Source: an uncultured Haliangium sp. (lineage in GTDB: Bacteria; Pseudomonadota; Gammaproteobacteria; GCA-001735895). From it: DNA of 61,952 bases. Position numbers and translations under genes: made by a program. The stretch is from contig CAXMQY010000127.1 in the NCBI GenBank assembly GCA_964195735.1, positions 1 to 61,952 of the forward strand, written 5' to 3'. This document shows, one piece after another, positions 33,798 to 41,434 of this stretch (position 1 is its first letter; every line of letters begins with the position of its first letter). The notes beneath the pieces were generated by a model. It searched no databases. It was not told the DNA's origin and worked only from the letters and a program-made list of their open reading frames with translations.

Positions 33798-34267
33798 CGG
33801 CAAGCCAGGCCTGGTTGCTCGACTGCGGCAATTCGCTATCAATCGCTGTCGGATTTCATGAAATGGCGGAGCTATTGCAAAACCATAACAGCTATAGCGT
33901 ACCCGGGTCTCCGGGGTATTGTTCCAGTCTACTGGTCTGGCAGAACAACAGCCTCGTACCGGTAATGGATCTCGCAATGCTATCCGGCAAAAAACAGGCC
34001 GACAATGAAGTCCCTTTCGTTAGCATACTCAGCTACCAGGAAGCGCCGCGGATGCCACTTCAACACCTCGCATTGAAAGTCAAAACGGCACCGCGAAGAA
34101 TCCTGATCGACGATGAGCAGGTTTGTGATTTCCCGCAGGGGCCAAACTTTAGCCTGCTGCGACCGGTCACCTTATCCTCTGTTCTACACGAGGAAAATGC
34201 AGTCATGATTATCGATATCGCACGCCTGTGCTCGGCCGAATTCCGTGACCTGGCAAATGCGGCCTGA
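33794..34267 (+). CDS. CheW-like protein
   Basis: VPGSPGYCSSLLVWQNNSLVPVMDL resembles the CheW core; the GTG overlaps the upstream stop. Confidence 0.7.
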   Translation: MTASQAWLLDCGNSLSIAVGFHEMAELLQNHNSYSVPGSPGYCSSLLVWQNNSLVPVMDLAMLSGKKQADNEVPFVSILSYQEAPRMPLQHLALKVKTAPRRILIDDEQVCDFPQGPNFSLLRPVTLSSVLHEENAVMIIDIARLCSAEFRDLANAA

Positions 34268-34326
34268 AGTGATTTAGCAGAGGCTTACCGCCCGAGCCTG
34301 GGTGTGTAATCGGCAAGCATCGGACA

Positions 34327-34358
34327 AAAGAAACGGCATCCTGGAATGCCGTTTCTTT
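34327..34358. terminator. Bidirectional intrinsic terminator
   Basis: AAAGAAACGGCAT-cctgga-ATGCCGTTTCTTT, 60 bp after the chemosensory operon. Confidence 0.8.
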
Positions 34359-34373
34359 CATCTATTTAAGCTC

Positions 34374-34525
34374 GTCATTGCGGACCCACGGGGCCTAAAT
34401 ACCCAAAGGGCACAAGAGCGCAGCGAAGCAATCTACCGATCCCGAGCCAGCCATATGGAGATTGCTTCGTCACTGCGCTCCTTTATGCCCTTTGGGTATT
34501 TAGGCCCTGTGGGTCTCGCAATGAC
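34374..34525. repeat. Long CGTC-tagged palindromic element (REP doublet)
   Basis: Arms 34374-34434 and 34459-34525 are near-perfect inverted repeats: GTCATTGCG...GAAGCAATCT and AGATTGCTTC...CGCAATGAC. Confidence 0.9.
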
Positions 34526-34562
34526 GGTTGTTGGGCTTAAGTAAGTGCCATTCGGGTCAGAG

Positions 34563-34619
34563 CTAGTCGTAACGACGAATTTGCTCGAGTAATTCCTCGG
34601 CCTGGAAGGGTTTGGTAAT
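34563..34619 (-). pseudogene. Relic C-terminus of a response-regulator receiver domain
   Basis: Minus strand reads ITKPFQAEELLEQIRRYD*, preceded in frame by TAG; no upstream REC sequence is recognisable. Confidence 0.6.
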
Positions 34620-34728
34620 CTAAGACAATTCCTGTCCAGATTTACCTCGCTATCGGGATTAAACGGGGAAACAGGGAAACCCCCGGATTGACTGAAGCAG
34701 CATACCTTACACCTGCATTCCCTATATA

Positions 34729-34756
34729 GATGCGCATAATGTATATTATGTAAAGT
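34729..34756 (+). other. dif: dif site (XerCD chromosome dimer resolution site)
   Basis: GATGCGCATAA-TGTATA-TTATGTAAAGT versus E. coli GGTGCGCATAA-TGTATA-TTATGTTAAAT; intergenic; KOPS polarity flips here. Confidence 0.92.
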
Positions 34757-34956
34757 TGAGCATAAATATTTCCAACCAATAGAATCGAGATTAATGATCG
34801 CCTCAAAAGTATGCCAATCACACGATCAAGTTAGCGTTAACCGCCCTGTTCCGTATATTGAGCTGACTGGCGCAATTTCGTTTCAATTAAATTCGCGTCA
34901 TGGAAACGGCACCCGACAACGTCATGAGGCTGTCATGAGGGACACACACTCTGAAA

Positions 34957-35058
34957 ATGCTGCTACCGCTGCAATTGCTGGCCTACCATATCGCGCTGAT
35001 ACTTGAGTGCGACGTCGACCAACCCCGCAACCTGGCAAAAAGCGTCACTGTGGAATAG
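34957..35058 (+). pseudogene. glmS: Isolated GlmS C-terminal fragment (33 codons; contains the attTn7/TnsD-binding determinant)
   Basis: Translates as [33 protein letters not shown]. An in-frame TGA at 34936-34938 means no longer gene is present. Confidence 0.88.
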
Positions 35059-35158
35059 CCCGTATGGATGATTGCGCCGAGAACCTGGGGCTCCGCTAAC
35101 GGGTTGGGTTATGTATCCGGCGAGAATTGGCACAGCGGATAGTGAGCGACAAGGAGGT

Positions 35159-36208
35159 TCAAGCGCCCGTCGACAAACCGATGCCGCCACGAATCTCGCC
35201 GGATTCAACCGAACCCCACAGAACAGAATGAGATGGCGGCAGCGCCCGATGGGGCGCCGATAACCAGATTCTCCACAGACAGCGCTGCCTGCCGGAACCC
35301 GGATCATCTTCAAAGGCGGTCCTCGAATGGTAGATCACATGGTTATTGATGAACTGAACATCACCCTTGGCAAGCACCATATCAAAATGCTGTTCTTCGG
35401 CGAGCAGCGCGAGAGTATCCAGGGCTTGCCATTGCCTGGGTGAAATTTCCGGGGCCCCCGGTACGTGCTCCAGCGCCTCGATAAAAGTACGGGAGTAGTG
35501 GCTGGTAAACTTTCCATCTCGAACGCCCCAGACCGGCAGCTGGTACCAGGCATTTTCCCCATTCGCCTCTTCACCCACGCGGCTGCGCGGTAAATCACAA
35601 TAGAGTAAATCGCACAATTCGGGGTAGCGCAGCAGCATCTCATTGTGAACCGTGACGGAACTCGCGATTTTGCTTAACCCGCCCCGACTGGCGACGCCGG
35701 TACAAAGCAGCCCTACTATATCGGTGCGGTCGGTGTGGAAGCGCAACTCGGCATTCGATGCTGTTCGGGCGCGTGATGATAAAAATTGCCCATTTTCTGT
35801 TGGCAGCTGTCCGTGGCGCTCGCCAACATCGCCCTCTTCCGCGCGAATTTCTCGTAATAGCTGGCCATCCGAATTCTGGAACACTGGTTGTCCCAGGTGA
35901 CAGGCAAGCCCCATCCAGACAAGCTCGAGATCTTCCCTGGGCCAGCGCTCGACAGGCAAACCTCTCAACCGGACAAATCCACAGCCATCCTCGAGTTCAC
36001 TTGCGATTTTTACAATTTTCGATTTAACGACATCGAGTGGAAAATGGTCAGCGCGAACACTGCGAAAGTTGAGCTTCTTCTCCTTGCAATGTCGAAGTGC
36101 CTCGCCAATTTCATCCAGATCCGATTCTTCCAGGAAATACTGCCAACGTGGATCATCCTTGATGTCCAAACCCTTCCAGGCAGCTTTAGCTTCGATAATT
36201 TCTGTCAT
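35159..36208 (-). CDS. TauD/TfdA family Fe(II)/2-oxoglutarate dioxygenase
   Basis: GCGFVRLRGLP, FHTD (HxD), GGLSKIASS and NNHVIYHSRTAF (distal His/Arg). Confidence 0.88.
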   Translation of the reverse strand: MTEIIEAKAAWKGLDIKDDPRWQYFLEESDLDEIGEALRHCKEKKLNFRSVRADHFPLDVVKSKIVKIASELEDGCGFVRLRGLPVERWPREDLELVWMGLACHLGQPVFQNSDGQLLREIRAEEGDVGERHGQLPTENGQFLSSRARTASNAELRFHTDRTDIVGLLCTGVASRGGLSKIASSVTVHNEMLLRYPELCDLLYCDLPRSRVGEEANGENAWYQLPVWGVRDGKFTSHYSRTFIEALEHVPGAPEISPRQWQALDTLALLAEEQHFDMVLAKGDVQFINNHVIYHSRTAFEDDPGSGRQRCLWRIWLSAPHRALPPSHSVLWGSVESGEIRGGIGLSTGA

Positions 36209-36810
36209 CGATTTGCGTCGACAGCCATGCGGAACCTCAGCTTGTTTTCGACCGCGTCGCGGGTCGGCATGACGCGTTCGGGCTGCTCCGTTGCGACCCG
36301 CACCAGCAAAAAGCGAACCGTTCCGCGGCGCTGAAACCTGTCCCGGATATCCTCGAGCTCATCCTGCGTCGATACCCGCCATGAATTGCGGATGCCGCAG
36401 CCCTTCGCGATGGCACACAGGTCGCTACCGAGACTGGTGTGGCTTGGCTGCATCCCGGTTTCGCCGTAAACCCCATTATCGAGCACCAGTATGGCAAGAT
36501 TCTCGGGCGCCTTCGCCGCCACGGTCGCGAGGCTTCCCATCCCCATCAGCATTTCACCGTCTCCGGTGACTACCAGCACGTCCAGGTCGGGGCGCGCCAG
36601 TGCGAGTCCGAGCCCCGTCGCAACCGCGCCGCCCATCGCGCCCCACAGGTAAAAATTGCGTTCGTGATCCCCGACCGCGGCGACATCATAGGTTGGCGAA
36701 CCCAGCCCGGTGATCACCGCGAGTCCCTCCCGCCCTGCGAGCAAATTACCGACCACCGTTCTGCGTTCCAGTTCGGCTGTCGGCTCCGCCCCCGCGTTCA
36801 CTCTACCCAT
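36205..36810 (-). CDS. TPP-dependent decarboxylase beta subunit (sulfopyruvate/phosphonopyruvate decarboxylase-like)
   Basis: NFYLWGAMG and GDGEMLM...DNGVYGETG TPP-binding motif. Alternative start GTG 36801 overlaps the alpha-subunit stop. Confidence 0.85.
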   Translation of the reverse strand: MGRVNAGAEPTAELERRTVVGNLLAGREGLAVITGLGSPTYDVAAVGDHERNFYLWGAMGGAVATGLGLALARPDLDVLVVTGDGEMLMGMGSLATVAAKAPENLAILVLDNGVYGETGMQPSHTSLGSDLCAIAKGCGIRNSWRVSTQDELEDIRDRFQRRGTVRFLLVRVATEQPERVMPTRDAVENKLRFRMAVDANR

Positions 36811-37316
36811 TTTTTCCGCCCCAGTAATTGCTGCGAAAAGATCACCGCATTGGCGACATTGCTGGCGTAGGCCATGTCGATGGCCGCGGCAACGGTTTCG
36901 CCTGCGGCCTCGGCATGGTCTACGCGGTAAGTCTGAAAATCACACAACTGCAGCACGCGCTCGGTGATCGAGCTCATCGGCACCTGCCACGGATTGAATT
37001 CGGCGTATTCCCCGCGCATGGTGACGATGAGCACCAGTGGAATGCGCGCGATACGCTGCAGCGACAGCATGTTCACGCAGTTACCGACCCCGCTGGATTG
37101 CATCAGTAAAACCGAGCGCATGCCGCCAAGCCAGGCACCCGCGCACAGCGGAATCCCCTCTTCTTCGCTCGTCAACAGCACATCCCGAATATCCGGGTCG
37201 CGCCTGGCATTGTCGATCAGGCTGGCATGCCCCGCGTCGGGCACATAGCCAATCAACTCGATGCGGCGTTCCTTTATCACGTCGTAGACGCCTTGTTGCC
37301 AGCCGTCAACCGTCAC
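36798..37316 (-). CDS. TPP-dependent decarboxylase alpha subunit (ComD/Ppd N-terminal-like)
   Basis: YVPD, SEEEG, GAWLGG, LLMQSSGVGN and MRG motifs. GTG 37316 overlaps the upstream TGA. Confidence 0.85.
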   Translation of the reverse strand: MTVDGWQQGVYDVIKERRIELIGYVPDAGHASLIDNARRDPDIRDVLLTSEEEGIPLCAGAWLGGMRSVLLMQSSGVGNCVNMLSLQRIARIPLVLIVTMRGEYAEFNPWQVPMSSITERVLQLCDFQTYRVDHAEAAGETVAAAIDMAYASNVANAVIFSQQLLGRKKWVE

Positions 37317-38140
37317 TGGATGGAACCCCAGATCTGCCGGACGCGGTCGCGAATGATCAGCGCTTCCTGCCAACGATCCGACAGCTCTTCGCCATCGGCG
37401 CCGGTCATCGCGTATTCGCGCGGGCCGAGCTCGCACAGGTAGTTCAGCACGGCATCGTCCGGATTACGCCGTTTCCAGGAGCGAAACCCGTAAGCCCACC
37501 AGTCGGCAAACTGGTCAAACCATTCGCGGTGATGCGGGAAACTGATCTGCAACTGTATCTGCTCGCGCGACGCGACGCGCCCCTGCAAGGCGGCGGAACG
37601 ATCGAGCACCGTTTCAATTTGAGACTGTGTTTCGCGTGTGATAGGCCACTTGAGCTCGCGCCCGACCACAAAATGGGACAGGTCCGCGCACAGCGCCATT
37701 TCGGGCACCGCATCCATCAATTGCAGGGTGTAAAGCATATCGGTGGTAATGCAATCGCGGTGCGTCTCGATAGTTACCGGCATGTTGGCATTGTAACAAA
37801 GCTCCAGCCAACCGCGTACGTAGAGGGTGCCCTCCTCCACGCTGAGCGGATACACGGCTCCAATGATGTTGAGATGGCGCGCATCGAGCGCAAGCGCAAG
37901 CTCCAGCGCTGGTTGCAGGGCATCGATGCTGTCGGGAAAGGCCGTCACCGTGCAGGCCAGCCCCCATTCCGCCAGCAAAGGCTGCAGGTTGGCCTCGGAG
38001 TAGTCGCCGTAGACGATATCGACGCCATCGAAGTCGGCGGCCGCGATTTTCGCCATCATTTGCGCCAGTGGCATTTCGACACCATTTCGTGGGCGTAGCG
38101 TCATCGCCCACAGGGATTGAAAGACTTCGAGTGTCTGCAT
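37313..38140 (-). CDS. Xylose-isomerase-like TIM-barrel protein (sugar phosphate isomerase/epimerase family)
   Basis: IETHR, ADLSH and CELGP putative metal-ligand motifs; GGAG RBS. Confidence 0.75.
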   Translation of the reverse strand: MQTLEVFQSLWAMTLRPRNGVEMPLAQMMAKIAAADFDGVDIVYGDYSEANLQPLLAEWGLACTVTAFPDSIDALQPALELALALDARHLNIIGAVYPLSVEEGTLYVRGWLELCYNANMPVTIETHRDCITTDMLYTLQLMDAVPEMALCADLSHFVVGRELKWPITRETQSQIETVLDRSAALQGRVASREQIQLQISFPHHREWFDQFADWWAYGFRSWKRRNPDDAVLNYLCELGPREYAMTGADGEELSDRWQEALIIRDRVRQIWGSIQ

Positions 38141-38151
38141 CGTTGACTCCC

Positions 38152-40569
38152 TTATCCGCGCAGGTATTCGTTGCGCGGATCGAACAGGGGATCGACGTAG
38201 AGTTTCGCCGCAATCATTTCCCCGAGAATCTCAATTTCGACCTCGCGCCCCTGTGTTGCCAGTTCGGTGGGCAGGAAGCCGAATGCTATGCTCTTTTGCG
38301 CATGATGCGAGTATCCGCCCGAAGTGACATAGCCGACGACTTCGCCGCCGTGCCAGATCGGCTCCCAGGCGACCGTATCGGCGTCGTTAGCCGCCACTTC
38401 AAAAGTACACAGCTTGCGCTCGACGCCCTGCTCGCGCTCGGCGAGCGCGGCCGCCTTGCCGATGAAATCGACCGGCTTGTCGTAAGCGACGAAGCGATCC
38501 AGCCCTGTTTCCAGCGGCGTGTAGTCAGGCTTGAATTCGCGCATCCACGAGCCGAACGACTTGTCCAGGCGCAGACTCATCATTGCGCGCATGCCGAAAG
38601 GCCGCAGACCGAATCCCTCGCCGGCCTCGCTCAACACCTGGTAGAGCGCTGCCTGGTTGTGCCAGGGCACGTAAATCTCGTAACCGCGATCGCCCGTGTA
38701 GCTGACGCGCTGCACGATGGCCTGGCACTGGCCGACATCGATCTCGCGCACCGACAGGAACGGAAAAGCTGCCGTGGAAACGTCTGCGCGCGTCACCTTC
38801 GCCAACAACTGTTGCGCCTTCGGCCCGGCAACCTGGAAACCGATTCGCAATTTGGACACGTTTTCGAGCTTGACGCCGCTATCCGGTAAATGTTGTTCGA
38901 ACCAGCGCATGTGATAGGCCTGCGCGCCAAACGAGGCGGTTACCTGGAAGCGATTTTCATCCAGGCAGGCAATGGTGAAATCGCCCATGATGCGACCCTT
39001 CGGACTCAACATCGGGTTCAGACTGAGGCGTCCGGATTTCGGAATCCTGCCTGCCATAATGCGGTCGAGGTATGCGCGCGCCCCCTCCCCGCTGAATTCG
39101 TACTTGCCAAAATTATGCACCTCGTTGAGGCCGACGCCTTCGCGCACCGCTCGGCACTCAGCGGCGACCGTAGCGAAGGCATTGGAGCGCCTGAAAGTCG
39201 GGATTTCATACGGTTCTTCGCCCTCGGGTGCGAAATAATTGACGTGCTCCATGCCATAGGCCGCACCAAATACAGCGTTGTGCTGCTGCCAGATTCCGTA
39301 GGCGGGCGTGGTATCGAGCGGCCGCGCTGCCGGCAGCTCTTCGTTCGGGTAAGACACGGTAAAGCGTCGCTGGTAGTTTTCGGTCACCTTGAGGCGCGTA
39401 TAGGACGGCGTGCAGTAGTCGCCGAAGCGCGCCACATCCATCGCGAACACGTCGCGCGACGGCTCGCCCTCGATCATCCATTCGGCCAGCGTGAGACCCA
39501 CGCCACCACCCTGGCTGAAGCCCGCCATCACTGCACAGGCCGACCAGTAATTGCGCAGCCCGGGCACCGGACCCACCAGCGGGTTACCGTCCGGCGCGAA
39601 GGTAAAGGGACCGTTGATAATGGTCTTGATACCTGCTTCGGCAAGTACCGGGTACCGCTTGAAGGCAAACTCCATCGAATCGCCGATACGATCGAGATTT
39701 TCGTCGAGCAGTTCGTGGCCGAAATCCCAGCGCGTGCCGTCAACGCCCCAGGGCACACAATTCTGTTCGTAGAAGCCGATCACCAGTCCGCGCCCTTCCT
39801 GGCGCAGATAGCTCTCCCCTTCGGGATCCATCACGTGCGGTAGCTCGGCATCACGCTCAACTACTTCGGCAATCGCGTCGGTGGCGAAATATTGATGCTC
39901 CATCGGGTGCAGTGGCAGGTAGACACCGGCCATCGCTCCGACTTCGCGTGCCCACAGGCCGGCCGCGTTCACCAGATGTTCGGCGACAATCGTACCCTGT
40001 TCAGTCACTACTTCCCAGCTACCGTCGACGCGTGCATTGGTTTCCAGCACCGGGTTACGCAGCATGATCTCGGCACCCTGCATCTGCGCCGCTTTCGCGT
40101 AGGCGTGCGTGGTGCCCGACGGGTCGAGGTGCCCGTCGAGCGGGTCGTAAAGCGCGCCGAGCACGCCCTCGGTGTTGGTGATCGGGCTTAAGCGACGGAT
40201 TTCCTCGGGCGTCACCAGCTCGGTGTCGAGGCCCATGTGTCGGTGCATGGCGCGCGCCGACTTGAGAAAATCGAGCCGTTCTGGTGACTCGGCAAGCGTC
40301 AGCCCGCCGACGTGGTGCAGGCTGCAGGATTGTCCCGTAATTTCCTCGAGTTCGCGGTAAAGCCGGATGGTGTAGCCCTGCAACGCCGCCATGTTGGTGT
40401 CGGCATTCAGCGTATGAAAACCGCCCGCCGCGTGCCAGGTCGAGCCCGAGGTCAGTTCGGAACGCTCGATCAACACGACGTCCTTCCAGCCAAGTTTGGT
40501 CAAGTGATAAATAACGCTGCAGCCGACGACCCCGCCGCCGATCACGACTACCTGAGCATGTGAACGCAT
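38152..40569 (-). CDS. GcvT-family FAD-dependent oxidoreductase (dimethylglycine/sarcosine dehydrogenase-like)
   Basis: VIGGGVVG, LTSGSTWHAAG (covalent FAD His), FAPDGNPLVG, SYTGDRGYE, SLRLDK and a C-terminal GcvT domain; 805 aa. Confidence 0.92.
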   Translation of the reverse strand: MRSHAQVVVIGGGVVGCSVIYHLTKLGWKDVVLIERSELTSGSTWHAAGGFHTLNADTNMAALQGYTIRLYRELEEITGQSCSLHHVGGLTLAESPERLDFLKSARAMHRHMGLDTELVTPEEIRRLSPITNTEGVLGALYDPLDGHLDPSGTTHAYAKAAQMQGAEIMLRNPVLETNARVDGSWEVVTEQGTIVAEHLVNAAGLWAREVGAMAGVYLPLHPMEHQYFATDAIAEVVERDAELPHVMDPEGESYLRQEGRGLVIGFYEQNCVPWGVDGTRWDFGHELLDENLDRIGDSMEFAFKRYPVLAEAGIKTIINGPFTFAPDGNPLVGPVPGLRNYWSACAVMAGFSQGGGVGLTLAEWMIEGEPSRDVFAMDVARFGDYCTPSYTRLKVTENYQRRFTVSYPNEELPAARPLDTTPAYGIWQQHNAVFGAAYGMEHVNYFAPEGEEPYEIPTFRRSNAFATVAAECRAVREGVGLNEVHNFGKYEFSGEGARAYLDRIMAGRIPKSGRLSLNPMLSPKGRIMGDFTIACLDENRFQVTASFGAQAYHMRWFEQHLPDSGVKLENVSKLRIGFQVAGPKAQQLLAKVTRADVSTAAFPFLSVREIDVGQCQAIVQRVSYTGDRGYEIYVPWHNQAALYQVLSEAGEGFGLRPFGMRAMMSLRLDKSFGSWMREFKPDYTPLETGLDRFVAYDKPVDFIGKAAALAEREQGVERKLCTFEVAANDADTVAWEPIWHGGEVVGYVTSGGYSHHAQKSIAFGFLPTELATQGREVEIEILGEMIAAKLYVDPLFDPRNEYLRG

Positions 40570-40588
40570 TCCAATTACCCCTGTTGAA

Positions 40589-41434
40589 CTACTCGCATTT
40601 CTGCAACAGCCCTTGCAGATAATCGCGAATTTCGTGTGGATGGACGATCGCCTTGCGGATCAGATCGTCGAAGCGATCGGTGATTCGTCGTATGTGGTCA
40701 ATGTTATTGACGATGATATACAGCTTGCCCAGAAACAGCGAAACCCGCATCGGTCCGAAGATGGTAAGCGAAATCGAATATGTCTGTTTACCATCGTACA
40801 GAAACCAGCGAAAACCGGGATACAACTCTTCGTTCAGGTCGATCATGCGCTGCAATTGCGCGCGCCGGTCGGCTACTGGAAAATCACGCCAGATACCTTC
40901 GCCTATCGCGAAACCATCCAGATGATGCAACGGCATACAGGTTTCCAGTTCACTGCCGGGATGGCGTTGTTGCAGCAACAACAGCTGGTTGTCGCGCACC
41001 GATTGATCGATCTTGCCGGAGCCATAGCGGTTGAATTCGTACTCGGCAACCGCTTCGGTTTTCAGCAGGTCCGGCAGCGTCGTCGGTACATAACGAATCT
41101 TGTAGCCGCGCGCCTCGCGATGCCACTCGAGGTTCTTCTCGAAAATACTGGTAGCGGAATCGTCGACCTCGAGCGCCTCGTGCACGATGTTGGCGCCCAT
41201 GCCGCCTTCCTGGGTGATGCCGAGCAGCCAGTCGATGCTGACCTGGTATACCTCGGCGATCGACAACACGGTATCGGCACGCGGCAGGCGTAGGTTATCG
41301 GTCGACAATAGCTGCGACAAGGTGGAGCGATCGACACGAATGGAGGTCGCGAACGAAGAACGGTTCAAACCACTGTGCTGGATAACGCGTTGCAAGCGCT
41401 CTTGGAACAATGTCACCCGTTCCTGCAATTTCAT
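40589..41434 (-). CDS. XRE-family HTH transcriptional regulator with a C-terminal sensory domain
   Basis: LNRSSFATSIRVDRSTLSQLLS..RLPRAD....IAEVYQVSIDWLLG HTH; ATGA overlap with the methyltransferase gene. Confidence 0.85.
   Translation of the reverse strand: MKLQERVTLFQERLQRVIQHSGLNRSSFATSIRVDRSTLSQLLSTDNLRLPRADTVLSIAEVYQVSIDWLLGITQEGGMGANIVHEALEVDDSATSIFEKNLEWHREARGYKIRYVPTTLPDLLKTEAVAEYEFNRYGSGKIDQSVRDNQLLLLQQRHPGSELETCMPLHHLDGFAIGEGIWRDFPVADRRAQLQRMIDLNEELYPGFRWFLYDGKQTYSISLTIFGPMRVSLFLGKLYIIVNNIDHIRRITDRFDDLIRKAIVHPHEIRDYLQGLLQKCE

Noticed and set aside
34302-34544. 80-aa ORF, and a c-di-GMP-riboswitch-like word (CCACGGGGCCTAA)
   Set aside because: The ORF just reads through the palindromic repeat; the remaining riboswitch elements are absent and the word is part of the repeat arm.
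34794-35006. 70-aa ORF beside dif (and 34963..35313 on the minus strand)
   Set aside because: No motifs; the real coding signal is the GlmS fragment in another frame.
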